A program made the translations under genes and the position numbers. From Pseudomonadales bacterium (GTDB taxonomy: Bacteria; Pseudomonadota; Gammaproteobacteria; Pseudomonadales; Azotimanducaceae), in assembly GCA_965208745.1 (NCBI GenBank), contig CBDBPN010000004.1, positions 2,815,937 through 2,879,936 on the forward strand: a stretch of 64,000 nt of DNA, written 5' to 3'. Shown here piece after piece: positions 30,702 to 43,396 of the stretch. Below the pieces are notes generated by a model. The model made no database searches. It saw only the letters and a list, made by a program, of their open reading frames with translations, and was not told the DNA's origin. The first letter of the stretch is position 1. Each line of letters opens with the position of its first letter.

Positions 30702-33259
30702 GTGAGGTAACGGTCAAGCAGCTTGCCGCGGCGGTCGGAGCGTCGGCCGACCGGTTGCTGCGGCAGATGCGCGAGGCTGGCCTGCCGCAGGAGGCGGAGG
30801 ACGAGCCGGTCACGGACCAGGAGCGTCAGCGCCTGCTCGAGTTCCTGAACCTCCGCCAGGAAGCGCAGGGACGCGCGCCCAGCCGCATCACGCTGAAGCG
30901 GACGTCCGTGACCACGCTGAAGACGGGCCAGGGTCGCGGCGGCCGGACCATCCAGGTTCAGAGCAAACGTCGACGTACCTACGTCAAGGCGACGCCGCGG
31001 GCCGAAGCGGAGACGGACACCCCGACTGCGGCGCCGAGGCAGCCGGGTCAGGTCGAGCTGGAGGCGGAGCGTATCCGCCGGCAGGAACTTGCGCGCAAGA
31101 GCGCGGAAGAGGACGTTCGTCGTCTGGCCGCGCGCCGGGCGGAGGAGCAGGCGGAGCAAGAGCGGGAGCGCGCCCGGGAGGAAGAGGCCGAGGCCAGGCG
31201 CCGCGAGGACGAGCTGCGGAAACAGGCGGAGGCTGCGCAGCGCGCCGAGCAGGAGAAGACCCAGGAGCAGTCCGTGACCGAGGCTGCGGCACGCGCCCAG
31301 GCCGAGGCACAGGCGCAGGAGCGCGGCGGCAAGCGCGCCAAGGACAGGACGAAGGAGCGCGAGCGTACGAAGGAGCCGGGGTTCGGCGCGCGCCGGCGGG
31401 GCGAACTGTCCATGAAACGCCGGTCGCCGCGCATGCGGCGTCGGGGGCCGTCGCGCATTTCGGTCGAGACTCGCGGCGGCGAGTTCGAGCGGCCACAGGA
31501 CGCCGTTCAGCGCGAGGTCGAACTCGGCGAGGCCATCCAGGTCGGTGAACTCGCACGGCGCATGAGCGTGAAGGCCGGCGAGGTCATCAAGACTCTCATG
31601 GACATGGGCGTGATGGCCACCATCAACCAGACGCTGGACCAGGACACGGCCTCGCTCCTCGTGGAGGAGATGGGTCACAAGGTGAAGCTCGTGGTCGCCG
31701 ACGAGGTCGAACACGAGCACGAGGAGTCGCTCAGGATCGAGGGCAACGTGGAGCCGCGGTCTCCCGTCGTGACCGTGATGGGACACGTGGACCACGGCAA
31801 GACATCGCTGCTCGACTACATCCGCAACTCGCGGATCGTCGCCGGAGAGGCCGGCGGCATCACACAGCACATCGGCGCCTACCGGGTATCGACGGAGCAC
31901 GGGGACATCAGCTTCCTCGATACCCCGGGTCACGCCGCGTTCACCGCGATGCGGGCTCGGGGCGCCAGGTCCACGGACATCGTCATCCTCGTCGTGGCCG
32001 GCGACGACGGCGTCATGCCGCAGACCGTGGAGGCGGTGCAGCACGCCAAGGCGGCGGGCGTACCCATCATCGTGGCCATCAACAAGATGGACCTCGAGGG
32101 CGTCGACCCGGCGCGCGTCAAGAACGAACTGGTCGCGGTCGACGTGATTCCGGAGGACCTCGGAGGCGATACGCAGTTCATCGAGGTCTCCGCGCAGACG
32201 GGACAGGGTGTCGACAACCTCCTCGAGAGCATCAACCTGCAGGCGGAACTGCTCGAACTGGGCGCCGCCCGCGACGTCCCGGGACGCGGCATCGTCGTCG
32301 AGTCGCGTCTCGACCGGGGCCGCGGTCCCGTCGCCACCATACTGGTGCAGAACGGGGTGCTGCGGCGCGGGGACGTGGTCATCGCGGGGGAGCGCTTCGG
32401 GCGCGTGCGGCTGATGCTCAACGAACGGGGCGATCCGGTGGGCGAAGCCGGCCCGTCGGTGCCGGTCGAGGTGCTCGGGCTGAACGGAACTCCGGAAGCG
32501 GGCGACGACTTCTCGGTCGTCGCCGACGAGCGGCGCGCCCGGGAACTCGCGGAACTGCGCGCCACCAGGAGCCAGGAGCAGCGGCTCGCCAAGCAGCAGG
32601 CCGCGAAGATCGAGAACCTCTTCGCGAACCTGGGCGACGGCGAGAAGCGGGTACTGAAGCTGGTGCTCAAGGCGGATGTCCGCGGTTCCCTCGAGGCGAT
32701 CACCCAGGCCTGCGCGGACCTCGGCAACGACGAGGTGGCGGTCAACCTGCTCGGCACCGGGGTCGGCGGCATCACGGAGTCGGACGCGACCCTCGCCATG
32801 ACGTACGGCGCCGCGATCTTCGGATTCAACGTGCGCGCGGACACGAATGCCAAGTCGGTCATCGAGCGTGAGGGCATCGACCTGCGCTACTACAGCGTGA
32901 TCTACGAGCTGCTCGACGACATCAGGATGATCCTGCAGGACATGCTCGCACCGGAGGTGCGCGAAGAGATCGTCGGCACGGCGGAGGTGCGGGACGTGTT
33001 CCGGTCGCCGCGCTTCGGTCAGGTCGCCGGGTGCATGGTGGTCGACGGCTCCGTCGCCCGGAACAAGAAGATCCGGGTGCTGCGCGACAATGTGGTCATC
33101 TTCGAGGGTGAGCTCGAATCGCTGCGCCGGTTCAAGGACGACGTGGGCGAAGTCCGCAATGGCCTCGAGTGCGGCATCGGCGTACGCAACTACAACGACG
33201 TTCGCGTGGGCGACCGGATCGAGGTCTTCGAGTCCCGGGAAGTGGCGCGGGCCCTGTAG
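30698..33259 (+). CDS. infB: Translation initiation factor IF-2
   Basis: The ATG at 30698 overlaps the nusA stop (ATGA). [11 protein letters not shown] domain [16 protein letters not shown] ... DTPGH ... NKMD. Confidence 0.95.
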   Translation: MSEVTVKQLAAAVGASADRLLRQMREAGLPQEAEDEPVTDQERQRLLEFLNLRQEAQGRAPSRITLKRTSVTTLKTGQGRGGRTIQVQSKRRRTYVKATPRAEAETDTPTAAPRQPGQVELEAERIRRQELARKSAEEDVRRLAARRAEEQAEQERERAREEEAEARRREDELRKQAEAAQRAEQEKTQEQSVTEAAARAQAEAQAQERGGKRAKDRTKERERTKEPGFGARRRGELSMKRRSPRMRRRGPSRISVETRGGEFERPQDAVQREVELGEAIQVGELARRMSVKAGEVIKTLMDMGVMATINQTLDQDTASLLVEEMGHKVKLVVADEVEHEHEESLRIEGNVEPRSPVVTVMGHVDHGKTSLLDYIRNSRIVAGEAGGITQHIGAYRVSTEHGDISFLDTPGHAAFTAMRARGARSTDIVILVVAGDDGVMPQTVEAVQHAKAAGVPIIVAINKMDLEGVDPARVKNELVAVDVIPEDLGGDTQFIEVSAQTGQGVDNLLESINLQAELLELGAARDVPGRGIVVESRLDRGRGPVATILVQNGVLRRGDVVIAGERFGRVRLMLNERGDPVGEAGPSVPVEVLGLNGTPEAGDDFSVVADERRARELAELRATRSQEQRLAKQQAAKIENLFANLGDGEKRVLKLVLKADVRGSLEAITQACADLGNDEVAVNLLGTGVGGITESDATLAMTYGAAIFGFNVRADTNAKSVIEREGIDLRYYSVIYELLDDIRMILQDMLAPEVREEIVGTAEVRDVFRSPRFGQVAGCMVVDGSVARNKKIRVLRDNVVIFEGELESLRRFKDDVGEVRNGLECGIGVRNYNDVRVGDRIEVFESREVARAL

Positions 33260-33291
33260 CGAGTCGGAAGCGAATCAGCAGCGATCTGACC

Positions 33292-33714
33292 ATGCGATCC
33301 CTCGTCCGCAACGCCGAACGCGACCTCCGGCTGGCCGACTTCATCCGGGACGAACTCGGACGTGCCCTGCTATCCGACGTGCGGGATCCGCGAATAGGCA
33401 TGACCAGCGTAACGGACGTCCGCGTGAATCGCGACATGAGTCGGGCGGACGTGTACGTCAGCTCGCTGTCGGCCCGGTCCGAGAGCGAGCGCGAGGCGTT
33501 GGTCGCGGCGCTCGACCACGCGGCCGGCTTCCTCCGTACGAAGGTGGCGCAGCGCGGCAACCTGCGCACGACCCCCCGCCTGCGATTCCACTACGACGAT
33601 CTCGTGGAGTCCGGCCCGCGCATGGAGGCCCTCATCGATCGCGCCGTGGAAAGCGGTGCGGGAGGGGATGCGCGGCGCGGCGCGGCGGGACCGCGGACGC
33701 CGGCGCGAAGCTGA
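33292..33714 (+). CDS. rbfA: Ribosome-binding factor A
   Basis: RLADFIRDELGRALLSDVRDPRIGMTSVTDVRVNRDMSRADVYVS. Confidence 0.9.
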   Translation: MRSLVRNAERDLRLADFIRDELGRALLSDVRDPRIGMTSVTDVRVNRDMSRADVYVSSLSARSESEREALVAALDHAAGFLRTKVAQRGNLRTTPRLRFHYDDLVESGPRMEALIDRAVESGAGGDARRGAAGPRTPARS

Positions 33715-34709
33715 TGGCACGCAGGCGGGCAGCTCGAGGCAGGGACGTGTCGGGGGTGGTGGCGCTCGACAAGCCGAAGGGCATGAGCTCGAGCGCGGCC
33801 GTCCAGGACGCCAAGCGCCTGTTCCGCGCGCGCAAGGTGGGTCACACGGGGAGCCTCGATCCGCTCGCCACCGGGGTGCTGCCGTTGTGCTTCGGCAACG
33901 CGACGCGCTTCTCGCAGTTCCTGCTGGATTCGGACAAGCGCTACGTGGCCGAGGTCAGGCTTGGCGTCAGCACGGACAGCGGCGATGCGGACGGCAGCGT
34001 CCTCGAGGAGCGCCCGGTGGGGCGGCTCGCGCGGCGCGCGGTCGAACGGGCGCTCGGGTCCTTCAGGGGTGAGATCGAGCAGGTGCCGTCGATGTTCTCG
34101 GCCATCAAGCACCACGGCCAGCCGCTCTACAAGCTCGCGCGCCAAGGCGTAGAGGTGGAGCGCAAGGCCCGGCCGATCACCGTGTACTCCAACGAGATCG
34201 TGGCCTTCGAGGACGACAGGCTTACCCTGGACGTGCACTGCAGCAAGGGCACGTACGTGCGCTGCATCGTGCACGAACTCGGCGAGATGCTCGGTTGCGG
34301 GGCCCACGTGACGGACCTTCGGCGCACGATGGCGGGACCGTTCGGGGAAGACGACCTCGTCACCTTCGAGGCGTTGCGGGAAGCCGACGCGGAGCACCGG
34401 CTGGACGCGTTGCTGCAGCCGGTGTCGAGCACGGTGCGGCAGTGGCCGGCGGTGACCCTGACCGACCACACGGCGTACTATCTGCGGCAGGGCCAGCCCG
34501 TCATCGTTCCGCATGCCCCGACGGCGGGTTGGGTGCGCCTCTGCGAAGCGTCGGCGCGGCGGCAGTCGAGCGACGCGGACGGCGAGAACGGCCAGAACGG
34601 CGAGCGCCGCGACGAGGGGACGTCCGGCAGCGGACGTTTCCTGGGGGTCGGGGAAATACTCGACGACGGACGGGTCGCACCGAGGCGGTTGATACCGGAT
34701 CGGTCGTGA
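33714..34709 (+). CDS. truB: tRNA pseudouridine-55 synthase
   Basis: The ATG overlaps the rbfA stop (TGATG). [13 protein letters not shown] ... [18 protein letters not shown]. Confidence 0.95.
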   Translation: MARRRAARGRDVSGVVALDKPKGMSSSAAVQDAKRLFRARKVGHTGSLDPLATGVLPLCFGNATRFSQFLLDSDKRYVAEVRLGVSTDSGDADGSVLEERPVGRLARRAVERALGSFRGEIEQVPSMFSAIKHHGQPLYKLARQGVEVERKARPITVYSNEIVAFEDDRLTLDVHCSKGTYVRCIVHELGEMLGCGAHVTDLRRTMAGPFGEDDLVTFEALREADAEHRLDALLQPVSSTVRQWPAVTLTDHTAYYLRQGQPVIVPHAPTAGWVRLCEASARRQSSDADGENGQNGERRDEGTSGSGRFLGVGEILDDGRVAPRRLIPDRS

Positions 34710-34791
34710 ACTCGCGGTACGGCAGGCAGGGGGTTGCCCCTTTTGGGCAAAACGGAACACAGGCACAGCGATCGGATATGGAGAAGGAAGC

Positions 34792-35061
34792 ATGGCGCTG
34801 ACGGCCGAAGCGAAACGGGCGATCGTCGAGGAGCATCGACGTAGCGAAAACGACACCGGTTCGCCTGAAGTGCAGGTGGCGCTGCTCACGCACAACATCA
34901 ACTCGTTGCAGCAGCACTTCCGGGACCACGGCAAGGACCATCACTCGCGCCGGGGCCTGATCCGCATGGTGGGTCAGCGTCGCAAGCTGCTCAACTACCT
35001 GCGCGGCAAGGACGACGGCCGCTACCGGGCGCTGATACAGAGGCTGGGCCTCCGGCGCTAG
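34792..35061 (+). CDS. rpsO: 30S ribosomal protein S15
   Basis: 89 aa, [23 protein letters not shown] ... KDHHSRRGL. Confidence 0.97.
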   Translation: MALTAEAKRAIVEEHRRSENDTGSPEVQVALLTHNINSLQQHFRDHGKDHHSRRGLIRMVGQRRKLLNYLRGKDDGRYRALIQRLGLRR

Positions 35062-35086
35062 CGTTGGTCCAGTGCGAATTCATTGA

Positions 35087-35107
35087 CGAAGCGGGGAGAC
35101 CGCTTCG
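35087..35107 (+). promoter_or_regulatory. Hairpin between rpsO and pnp (possible attenuator / RNase III-type processing site)
   Basis: Stem CGAAGCGG / CCGCTTCG with loop GGAGA and no T run. E. coli has a regulatory hairpin in the pnp leader at the equivalent place. Confidence 0.3.
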
Positions 35108-35172
35108 AGCGGCGCCGTTGCTGCGGGCCGCTATAGCAAAGTGAGCGGACGTCCGCTCCACAGGAGAAGAAG

Positions 35173-37272
35173 TTGAATCCAGTCAGAACGGAATTTGAGT
35201 ATGGCGACCACCAGGTCGTCCTCGAGGCCAACCGGGTAGCCAGGCAGGCCACCGGGAGCGTGTTGGCGTCCATGGGAGACACGGTCGTGCTCTGCACGGC
35301 GGTGGTCGTCCCGGAAGCGCGGCCAGACCAGGCGTTCTTCCCCCTTACGGTCAACTATGAGGAGAAGATGTATGCCGCCGGCAAGATCCCCGGCGGTTTC
35401 CCGCGGCGGGAAGGACGGCCGACGGAGAAGGAGACGCTGACCTGCCGGCTCATCGACCGGCCCATCCGCCCGCTGTTCCCCAAGGGGTTCATGAACGAAG
35501 TGCAGGTGATCTGCACGGTCATGTCGGCGGGGCGCGACATGGACCCCGACATCGTCGCGATGCTCGGCGCCTCCGCCGCGCTGTCCCTCTCCGGGGCGCC
35601 GTTCGGGGGACCGATCGGGGCGGCGCGCGTGGGTTACCACGAGGGTGCGTATCTGCTGAATCCGGGCGTGGAGGCGCTCACCACGTCGGCGCTCAACATG
35701 GTGGTCGCGGGGACCGCGTCCGCCGTGCTGATGGTCGAATCCGAAGCGGACGAACTGACCGAGGACCAGATGCTCGGCGGCGTCCTGTACGCGCACCAGG
35801 AGATGCAGGTCGCGATCCGGGCCATCGAGCAACTGACCGCGGAGGCCGGCAAGCCGAAGTGGCGCTGGGAGCCGCCGACGCCCGACGCGGGCCTCGTGGA
35901 GCGCGTGGCGGCCTCCGTGGGCGACGCCGTGGGCGACGCCTATCGCATCACCGACAAGCAGGACCGCCAGAGCCGCGTGAGCGCATTGCGCGAACAGGCG
36001 GTCAGCGAACTGGCGCGCGGGGGCGCGGACGATCTGGAGGCCGGGGAGGTGCTCGACGAGTTCGCTCGCCTGGAGAAGCGCGTCGTGCGAGAGCGCGTGC
36101 TGGCCGGCGAGCCGCGCATCGACGGACGCGACCGGACGACCGTGCGGCCGATATCGGTCGATGTGGGGCTGCTGCCGCGTGCGCACGGGTCGGCGATGTT
36201 CACCCGCGGGGAAACCCAGGCGATCGTGACGGCGACCCTGGGCACGCTCCGCGACGCGGCGCTGGTCGAGACCCTGCACGGGACCTACAAGGACCAGTTC
36301 ATGCTGCACTACAACTTCCCGCCGTACAGCGTCGGGGAGGCCGGCTTCCTGGGCGCGCCCAAGCGGCGCGAGATCGGTCACGGACGCCTGGCGCGGCGCG
36401 GCATCTCGGCGGTGCTCCCGGACCAGGACACGTTCCCCTATACGCTGCGGGTGGTGTCCGAGATCACCGAGAGCAACGGCTCCAGTTCGATGGCGAGCGT
36501 ATGCGGCGCATCGCTTGCGCTGATGGACGCCGGCATACCCGTGCGCGCGGCGGTGGCCGGGGTCGCCATGGGCCTCGTCAAGGACGGCGAACGTTTCGCC
36601 GTGCTGACCGACATCCTCGGGGACGAGGACCACCTGGGCGACATGGACTTCAAGGTCGCCGGGACCGCGGACGGCGTGACCGCGCTGCAGATGGACATCA
36701 AGATCGACGGGGTCACCGAGGAGATCATGGAGGTCGCCCTCGAGCAGGCGCTCGCGGCCCGCCTCCACATCCTGGGCGAGATGAACCAGGTCATCGCGGC
36801 GCCGCGGGAGAGCCTCGCGGAGAACGCGCCGTCCCTGGTCGTGCTCAAGATCAATCCGGACAAGATCCGGGACATCATCGGCAAGGGCGGTGCGACCATC
36901 CGCTCGATCGTCGACGAGACCGGCGCGGAAGTGGACGTCGAGGACGACGGTACGGTGCGGATCTACGGGGAGGACCAGGCGTCCAGGGACGCCGCCGTGG
37001 CCCGCGTGCAGGAGATCACGGCGGAAGCCGAGGTCGGCAGGATCTACAACGGCAAGGTCGCGCGCATCGTGGACTACGGCGCCTTCGTCAACATCCTGCC
37101 GGGCAAGGACGGACTGCTGCACATCTCCGAAGTCGCCAAGGAGCGCGTCGAGAAGGTGAGCGACTACCTCGAGGAGGGCCAGGACGTGGACGTGGTCGTA
37201 CTCGATGTGGACCAGCGCGGCCGGATCAAGCTCTCCATCAAGGAGGTGCCGAACTACGCCGCTTCCGCGTAG
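35173..37272 (+). CDS. pnp: Polynucleotide phosphorylase
   Basis: TTG start. Two RNase PH domains, a KH domain ([11 protein letters not shown]) and an S1 domain ([13 protein letters not shown]). Confidence 0.95.
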   Translation: MNPVRTEFEYGDHQVVLEANRVARQATGSVLASMGDTVVLCTAVVVPEARPDQAFFPLTVNYEEKMYAAGKIPGGFPRREGRPTEKETLTCRLIDRPIRPLFPKGFMNEVQVICTVMSAGRDMDPDIVAMLGASAALSLSGAPFGGPIGAARVGYHEGAYLLNPGVEALTTSALNMVVAGTASAVLMVESEADELTEDQMLGGVLYAHQEMQVAIRAIEQLTAEAGKPKWRWEPPTPDAGLVERVAASVGDAVGDAYRITDKQDRQSRVSALREQAVSELARGGADDLEAGEVLDEFARLEKRVVRERVLAGEPRIDGRDRTTVRPISVDVGLLPRAHGSAMFTRGETQAIVTATLGTLRDAALVETLHGTYKDQFMLHYNFPPYSVGEAGFLGAPKRREIGHGRLARRGISAVLPDQDTFPYTLRVVSEITESNGSSSMASVCGASLALMDAGIPVRAAVAGVAMGLVKDGERFAVLTDILGDEDHLGDMDFKVAGTADGVTALQMDIKIDGVTEEIMEVALEQALAARLHILGEMNQVIAAPRESLAENAPSLVVLKINPDKIRDIIGKGGATIRSIVDETGAEVDVEDDGTVRIYGEDQASRDAAVARVQEITAEAEVGRIYNGKVARIVDYGAFVNILPGKDGLLHISEVAKERVEKVSDYLEEGQDVDVVVLDVDQRGRIKLSIKEVPNYAASA

Positions 37273-37281
37273 AGGACAGCC

Positions 37282-39222
37282 CTACGGCGCGCCGGCGCGG
37301 TTCGCGACCAGGTCGTCGACTACGGACGGCTCCGCCAGCGTGGTCGTGTCGCCCAGGTCGTCCAGTTCGTTGGCGGCGATCTTGCGCAGGATGCGGCGCA
37401 TGATCTTGCCGGACCGCGTCTTCGGCAGTCCGGGCGCGAACTGGATGACGTCCGGGCGCGCGAACGGCCCGATCTCCGCGCGTACGAGCCGGATCAGTTC
37501 GCCGTGCAGGCCCTCCGGAGGCTCCTCCGCGCTCGCCATCAGGGTCACGTAGGCGTAGATGCCCTCGCCCTTGATCTCGTGCGGGAAGCCGACCACGGCG
37601 GCCTCGGCCACGAGTTCGTGCTCGACGAGGGCGGACTCCACCTCGGCGGTCCCGAGACGGTGCCCGGACACGTTCATGACATCGTCGGTGCGCCCGGTGA
37701 TCCAGTAGTAGCCGTCCGCGTCGCGGCGGGCGGCGTCGCCGGTGAGGTAGTAGCCGGGGAACGCGGCGTAGTACGTGTCGACCACGCGCTGGTGGTTCCC
37801 GTACACCGTGCGGATCTGGCCCGGCCAGGACGACGTGATCACGAGGCTCCCCGAGGCTTCCATCTCCTCGATGACGCGGCCGTCGGCATCCAGCAACGCG
37901 GGCTGCACGCCCGGAAACGGCAGGGTCGCGGAGCCGGGTTTCAGGTCCGTGGCGCCGGGCAGGGGCGAGATCATGATCCCGCCCGTCTCGGTCTGCCACC
38001 ACGTGTCCACGATCGGGCAGCGTCGCTCTCCCACCACGCCGTGGTACCACTCCCAGGCTTCCGGATTGATGGGCTCGCCGACGCTGCCGAGGACGCGCAA
38101 CGTCGCGCGCGAGGTCGCGTGCACGTACTCGTCGCCCTGTCCCATCAACTGGCGGATGGCGGTGGGGGCCGTGTAGAAGATGTTGACGCCGTGCTTGTCC
38201 ACGACCTGCCAGGCGCGCGAGGCGTCCGGATAGGTCGGCACGCCCTCGAACATCAACGTCGTCGCGCCGTTCGCGAGCGGGCCGTAGACGATGTACGAAT
38301 GCCCCGTGATCCACCCCACGTCCGCCGTGCACCAGTAGATGTCGCCGTCGTGGTGGTCGAAGACGAGCTGGTGGGTCATCGCGGCGTGCAGCAGGTAGCC
38401 CCCGGTGCCGTGCTGGACGCCCTTCGGCTTGCCGGTGCTGCCGGACGTGTACAGGATGAACAGCGGGTCCTCGGCGTCCATCGGCTCGGGCGCGCAGGTC
38501 GCGGGCTGTCCGGGGACGAGGTCGTGGTACCAGACGTCTCGGCCTTCGGCCCAGTCGATGTCGCCGCCGGTACGGCGCACGACCAGCACCGTCGTGACGT
38601 TCGGACAATCGGCCAGCGCTGCGTCGGTGTTGCGCTTGAGCGGGACGATGCGGCCGCCGCGGACGCCCTCGTCGGCGGTGATCACCGTGCGGCAGTCCGA
38701 GTCGAGGATGCGGTCCTTGAGCGACTGCGGGGAGAAGCCCCCGAACACCACCGAATGGGTCGCGCCGATGCGGGCGCACGCGAGCATCGCGTAGGCGGCC
38801 TCCGGGATCATCGGCATGTAGATGCACACGCGGTCGCCCTTGCGTACGCCGCGGCTCCTGAGCGCGTTGGCGAGCCGGCAGACGGCGTCGTGCAGTTCGC
38901 GGTACGTGACCGTGCTGTCGTCCGCCGGATCGTCCCCTTCCCAGACGATGGCCGCCTGGTCGGCCCGCGCGGGAAGGTGCCGGTCGACGCAGTTGGCGCA
39001 GGCGTTCAGTCGTCCCCCGAGGAACCAGGCGATCCTGCCCGTCGGCAGGTCCCACTCCGACACCGTGTTCCACTCGGCGATCCAGTCGAGGCGCCGCCGC
39101 GCCTCCTCCGCCCAGAACGCGTCGGGGTCCTCGATCGACCGGCGGTAAAGCTCCCGGTAGGCCTCCTGGTCGAGGTGTGCCCGCTCCCTGGCGGACTCCG
39201 GGACAGGATAGACGGTCGCCAT
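37282..39222 (-). CDS. acs: Acetyl-CoA synthetase
   Basis: ATG at 39220-39222 (MATVYPVPE...). [14 protein letters not shown]-binding motif and C-terminal SGKIMRR. The track ORF start at 39441 adds a non-homologous N-terminus. Confidence 0.9.
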   Translation of the reverse strand: MATVYPVPESARERAHLDQEAYRELYRRSIEDPDAFWAEEARRRLDWIAEWNTVSEWDLPTGRIAWFLGGRLNACANCVDRHLPARADQAAIVWEGDDPADDSTVTYRELHDAVCRLANALRSRGVRKGDRVCIYMPMIPEAAYAMLACARIGATHSVVFGGFSPQSLKDRILDSDCRTVITADEGVRGGRIVPLKRNTDAALADCPNVTTVLVVRRTGGDIDWAEGRDVWYHDLVPGQPATCAPEPMDAEDPLFILYTSGSTGKPKGVQHGTGGYLLHAAMTHQLVFDHHDGDIYWCTADVGWITGHSYIVYGPLANGATTLMFEGVPTYPDASRAWQVVDKHGVNIFYTAPTAIRQLMGQGDEYVHATSRATLRVLGSVGEPINPEAWEWYHGVVGERRCPIVDTWWQTETGGIMISPLPGATDLKPGSATLPFPGVQPALLDADGRVIEEMEASGSLVITSSWPGQIRTVYGNHQRVVDTYYAAFPGYYLTGDAARRDADGYYWITGRTDDVMNVSGHRLGTAEVESALVEHELVAEAAVVGFPHEIKGEGIYAYVTLMASAEEPPEGLHGELIRLVRAEIGPFARPDVIQFAPGLPKTRSGKIMRRILRKIAANELDDLGDTTTLAEPSVVDDLVANRAGAP

Positions 39223-39314
39223 GCGTGTGCCTCTCGCGGGATACGGGACAAGCTTTGCCGAAACGGGGTTGCGCGGCAACTCTCGCTGCCCTGACGGGCC
39301 TCCGGGACGGGCCC

Positions 39315-40901
39315 TCAGGACGTGCTCTTGCGCACCTCGGCGACCAGGCCTGTCGTGGCAACGTCGAGACCGGCCGCGGAGCCGCCGCCGAGTGCGCCGA
39401 ACACGTCCCGGGCCAGTTGCTTGCCGAGCTCCACGCCCCACTGGTCGAAGGGGTTGATGCCCCAGACGGTCGCCTGCGTGAAGACCTTGTGCTCATAGAG
39501 CGCGAGGAGAGCGCCAAGGCTGGCCGGCGTCAGCGCGTCGACGAGGACCGTCGTCGTCGCCCGGTTGCCGGGCACCGCCAGGTGTGGGGCGAGCCCGTTC
39601 GCCGGCGCGTCACGCCCCCGCAGCAGTGCACTGCCCTGGCCCAGGCAGTTCGCCAGCAACCACCGGTGCCGTTCGGGGAGGTCATGGCCGGGTGCGGCGA
39701 CGGCGACGAGGTCCGCGCTGAACGAACGGGTCCCCTGGTGGAGCAACTGGTGAAACGCGTGCTGCCCGTTGGTCTCTTCGCCCCCCCAGACCACGGGCGC
39801 GGTGTGGGTCTGCGAGCGCTCGCCGTCGATGCGCACGGACTTGCCGTTGCTTTCCATCTCCAGTTGCTGCAGGTAGCCGGGGAGCCCGGCCAGGCGGCGG
39901 TCGTAGGGCAGGACGGCGTGCGTGCCGGCGCCGAGAAAGTTGCTGTTCCAGATGCCGAAGAGGCCGAGCAGCGCGGGCGCGTTTCTGTCGAGTCGCGTGC
40001 CGCGGAAGTGACGGTCCATGGCATTGGCGCCGGCGAGCAGTTCCTCGAAACGCGCCCCACCGACGGCGATGGCGACGGACAGACCGACGCTCGACCATAG
40101 AGAGAAACGGCCGCCTACCCAGTCCTGCATGGGCAGCTGGTTGCCGGGCGGGATGCCGAGGTCGGAGGCCGCTCCCGGGTTGCCCGTCACCGCGACGAAG
40201 TGCCGGTCCATGGCGTCTGCGCGGCCGGTTCGTTCGAGGAACCAGGCCCGCGCGTGTCGGGCGTTGGTCAGGGTCTCCAGCGTGTCGAAGGACTTGGAGA
40301 CGACGATGACCAGCGTCCGTTCCGGGTCGAGTCCCCGGAACGTGTCGACGGCGGCGCCACCGTCCACGTTCGCCAGGAAGCGGAAGTCGATGCGGCTCGA
40401 GGCAGGCGGGTCGGCGAGCGCGTGCACGGCCAGTTCCGGCCCGAGGTGGGAGCCCCCGATGCCGATGTGCACGACGTGGCGAATGGGCAGGCCCGATACG
40501 CCCAGCCACCGTCCGCGTCGCACGCGCTCCGCGATGTCCAGCATGCGTCCGCGCGCCGTTTCGATCTCGGTGGCGACGCGTTTCGGTCGTTCGTCGAAAG
40601 GGGCGCGGACGGCCGTGTGCAGCGCGGGGCGCCCTTCCGTGCGGTTGGCCTCACCGCCGTCGAACAGCCCCTCGGTCGCCTCTTCGAGCCGCGATTCCCG
40701 CGCCAGGGCGACCAGCGCGGACACGACTTCGGCGTTCGCGCGCTGCCGGGAGAAGTCGATGAGGAGGGGCCCCACCCTCAGGCTCATCGTCGCAAAGCGC
40801 GCGGGGTCGTTGCCGATGTCGCGCAGATGCGTCCGGACGGTCTCCGTCGCGAGAGCGCCCAGGCGTTTCCAGGACCCCCGGGCGTCCGGCCGGCCGCTCA
40901 C
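39315..40901 (-). CDS. pgi: Glucose-6-phosphate isomerase
   Basis: The GTG start overlaps the panC stop (GTGA). GIGGSHLGP, and [14 protein letters not shown]-type C-terminus ([18 protein letters not shown]). Confidence 0.9.
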   Translation of the reverse strand: MSGRPDARGSWKRLGALATETVRTHLRDIGNDPARFATMSLRVGPLLIDFSRQRANAEVVSALVALARESRLEEATEGLFDGGEANRTEGRPALHTAVRAPFDERPKRVATEIETARGRMLDIAERVRRGRWLGVSGLPIRHVVHIGIGGSHLGPELAVHALADPPASSRIDFRFLANVDGGAAVDTFRGLDPERTLVIVVSKSFDTLETLTNARHARAWFLERTGRADAMDRHFVAVTGNPGAASDLGIPPGNQLPMQDWVGGRFSLWSSVGLSVAIAVGGARFEELLAGANAMDRHFRGTRLDRNAPALLGLFGIWNSNFLGAGTHAVLPYDRRLAGLPGYLQQLEMESNGKSVRIDGERSQTHTAPVVWGGEETNGQHAFHQLLHQGTRSFSADLVAVAAPGHDLPERHRWLLANCLGQGSALLRGRDAPANGLAPHLAVPGNRATTTVLVDALTPASLGALLALYEHKVFTQATVWGINPFDQWGVELGKQLARDVFGALGGGSAAGLDVATTGLVAEVRKSTS

Positions 40902-41746
40902 CGGGACACCAGCGCGAGGTTGTCGATCAGCCGCGCCCGACCGAGCCGCGCCGCGGCCAGGACCCGTAGTGCGCGCCCTTCGTCGCGCGGTTCCGCCAGC
41001 GTCTCGGCATCGCGGACGGCGACGTAGTCCACCTCGAACCCGGCGGTCGCGAGCGCCGCGTGGCCGCGGTCTTCGAGCAGGGCGAAATCCCGTTCACCGC
41101 TGGCCACCGCCTCGCGGATGTCGATGAGCGTGCGGTGCAGTTTGGCAGCGACCCGGCGTTCGCCTTGCGACAGGTACTGGTTGCGGCTCGACAGCGCGAG
41201 CCCGTCCGCGGCGCGCACGGTGGGGACGCCGACGATCTGCGCGCGCAGGTTGAGCCCGCGCGCCATCGCCCGGATCAGCGCGAGCTGTTGCCAGTCCTTC
41301 TCGCCGAAGTAGGCGCGGTCGGGACCCACCATGTTGAGCAGCTTGGTAACGACCGTGGCGACGCCGTCGAAATGGCCGGGGCGGTTCGCCCCGCAGAGGA
41401 GTCGCGAGAGGCCCGGTACCGCGACCACGACGGTGTCCGTGCGGCCGTCGGGATAGACCTCGTCGACACCGGGCGCGAACAGGATGTCGACCCCGTGGGT
41501 TTCGAGCTGCGCGGCGTCGGCGTCGAACGTGCGCGGATAGTCCTCGAAGTCCTCGCCGGCGCCGAACTGGAGCGGGTTGACAAAGATGGAAGCGACGGTG
41601 GTACGGCACTCGTCGGTGGCGGCCGTGACGAGGGCCAGGTGGCCGTCGTGGAGATTCCCCATGGTCGGAACCAGCCCGACCCGCCCCGTGCTTCGCCTGG
41701 TGGCGAGCGCCGAGCGGAGGGCGTGGATCGTGCGTGCGACGAGCAT
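40898..41746 (-). CDS. panC: Pantoate-beta-alanine ligase
   Basis: VGLVPTMGNLHDGHLALV, GEKDWQQL. Confidence 0.95.
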   Translation of the reverse strand: MLVARTIHALRSALATRRSTGRVGLVPTMGNLHDGHLALVTAATDECRTTVASIFVNPLQFGAGEDFEDYPRTFDADAAQLETHGVDILFAPGVDEVYPDGRTDTVVVAVPGLSRLLCGANRPGHFDGVATVVTKLLNMVGPDRAYFGEKDWQQLALIRAMARGLNLRAQIVGVPTVRAADGLALSSRNQYLSQGERRVAAKLHRTLIDIREAVASGERDFALLEDRGHAALATAGFEVDYVAVRDAETLAEPRDEGRALRVLAAARLGRARLIDNLALVSR

Positions 41747-41774
41747 GGGAAGGCGTACGGTCCTCGACGCGCTT

Positions 41775-42596
41775 TCAGTTGAAGCAGTGCTCCGGAGCCG
41801 GGAAGCGGCCTTCCTTCACCGCCGACGCGTAGGCTGCGAACGCGCCGGGTATCCCGGACGTGCTCTCCGGCAGGAAGTTCTTGACGAACTTGGGCGGCTT
41901 GATGAACGAGGGCGTGAGCCCGAGCATGTCGTGCATCACCATGATCTGGCCATCTGTGTGGGGGCCGGCGCCGATGCCGATCACCGGAACCTCCACGCGC
42001 TCGGCGATGGTCCTCCCGAGTTCGACGGGCACGCACTCGAGCAACAGGATGGAAGCGCCGGACTCCTCGAGGATCATCGCCTCCTCGATGATGGCGTTCG
42101 CCTTCTCGGTATTGCGCCCCTGGACGCGGTAGCCGCCGAGGCGGTTGATGGACTGGGGGGTGAGTCCCATGTGCGCGCAGACGGGGATGCCGCGCTCGGT
42201 CAGCAGCCTGGTCGACTCCGCGAGCCAGGCGCCGCCCTCGAGCTTGACCATGTGGGCGCCCGCCCGCATCAGCGCCGCGGCGCTCTCCAGGGACTGCGAC
42301 TCGGAGGCGTACGTCATGAAGGGGAGGTCGGCCATGATCAGGCTGCCCCGATTGCCCGTCTTCACGCACTCCATGTGGTAGATCACGTCCTCGAGCGTGA
42401 CGGGCAGCGTGCTGTCGTGTCCCTGCAGCACCATCCCGAGCGAATCCCCCACCAGGAGCACGTCGACGCCGGCGCTGCTGATCAGCTCGGCGAACATCGC
42501 GTCGTAGGCGGTCAGCGCGGCGAACTTCTCGCCCCGGCGCTTCATGGCGTTCAGGGTCGGAATGGACACGGGCCTCGGACGGGCCTGGGTGCTCAT
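41775..42596 (-). CDS. panB: 3-methyl-2-oxobutanoate hydroxymethyltransferase
   Basis: [35 protein letters not shown]. Confidence 0.95.
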   Translation of the reverse strand: MSTQARPRPVSIPTLNAMKRRGEKFAALTAYDAMFAELISSAGVDVLLVGDSLGMVLQGHDSTLPVTLEDVIYHMECVKTGNRGSLIMADLPFMTYASESQSLESAAALMRAGAHMVKLEGGAWLAESTRLLTERGIPVCAHMGLTPQSINRLGGYRVQGRNTEKANAIIEEAMILEESGASILLLECVPVELGRTIAERVEVPVIGIGAGPHTDGQIMVMHDMLGLTPSFIKPPKFVKNFLPESTSGIPGAFAAYASAVKEGRFPAPEHCFN

Positions 42597-42677
42597 GACA
42601 GGGACGCTCCCTTCCTGCTAGTCCGTCACGTGGGAATACTACGCGCATCCGCGTGCGGCCGTGCGGGCGGCCGGCTG

Positions 42678-43358
42678 TTACAGCAGCGTGGGGTTGGGGT
42701 TGAAGTACTTGCGGATTCCGTCGAACTCCTGGAGTTGCGCGAGCAGCGCCTCGAAGTGGCGGTCCTCGTGGGCGAAGTCGATCTCGGCGGCGTTGACGAT
42801 CAGGAGCGGAGCATCGCGGTAGTCGTGGAAGAAACGCGTGTATGCCGCGCACAGGTTGGTGAGGTACTCGTCGCCGATGTGCTGTTCGAACCCGACGCCA
42901 CGGCGGCGGATGCGCTTGACGAGCACCGGCGGCGGGGCCTGCAGGTAGATGACCAGGTCCGGCGCCGGCGGACGAATGTCGAGGCTGCGCCAGATCTGCT
43001 CGTAGATGGCGAGTTCGTCGGGGTCGAGATTGATCTCCGCGAACAGGCGGTCCTTCTCGATCAGGAAGTCCGCGACCACGAGGGAGCCGACGAGGTCGTC
43101 GTCCAGGGCGGCGACCTGCCGGGCGCGGTGGAGGAGGAAGAAGAGCTGCGTCGGCAGTGCGTGCCGGCGGCCTTCGCGATAGAACCGGTCGAGGAAAGGA
43201 TTCTCGGTGGTCGGCTCGAGGAGCAACGGGTAGCGGAGCGCCTGCGACAGGCGGGTCGCCAACGTCGTCTTGCCGACGCCGATGGGCCCTTCGACGGCGA
43301 TATGGCTGGGCAGGTCGTTCCGGGTGGCGGCGGCGCTTGGCGCGCGGACGGCAGTCAC
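42678..43358 (-). CDS. Deoxynucleoside kinase family protein
   Basis: P-loop IAVEGPIGVGKTTLA, then ENPFLDRFY and a DRL/ERS-like region typical of the dNK/dCK family. The start codon is uncertain. Confidence 0.7.
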   Translation of the reverse strand: MTAVRAPSAAATRNDLPSHIAVEGPIGVGKTTLATRLSQALRYPLLLEPTTENPFLDRFYREGRRHALPTQLFFLLHRARQVAALDDDLVGSLVVADFLIEKDRLFAEINLDPDELAIYEQIWRSLDIRPPAPDLVIYLQAPPPVLVKRIRRRGVGFEQHIGDEYLTNLCAAYTRFFHDYRDAPLLIVNAAEIDFAHEDRHFEALLAQLQEFDGIRKYFNPNPTLL

Positions 43359-43396
43359 GGAGGCGCGCCTGCCGGGACGCTATCGGCCACGGATGC

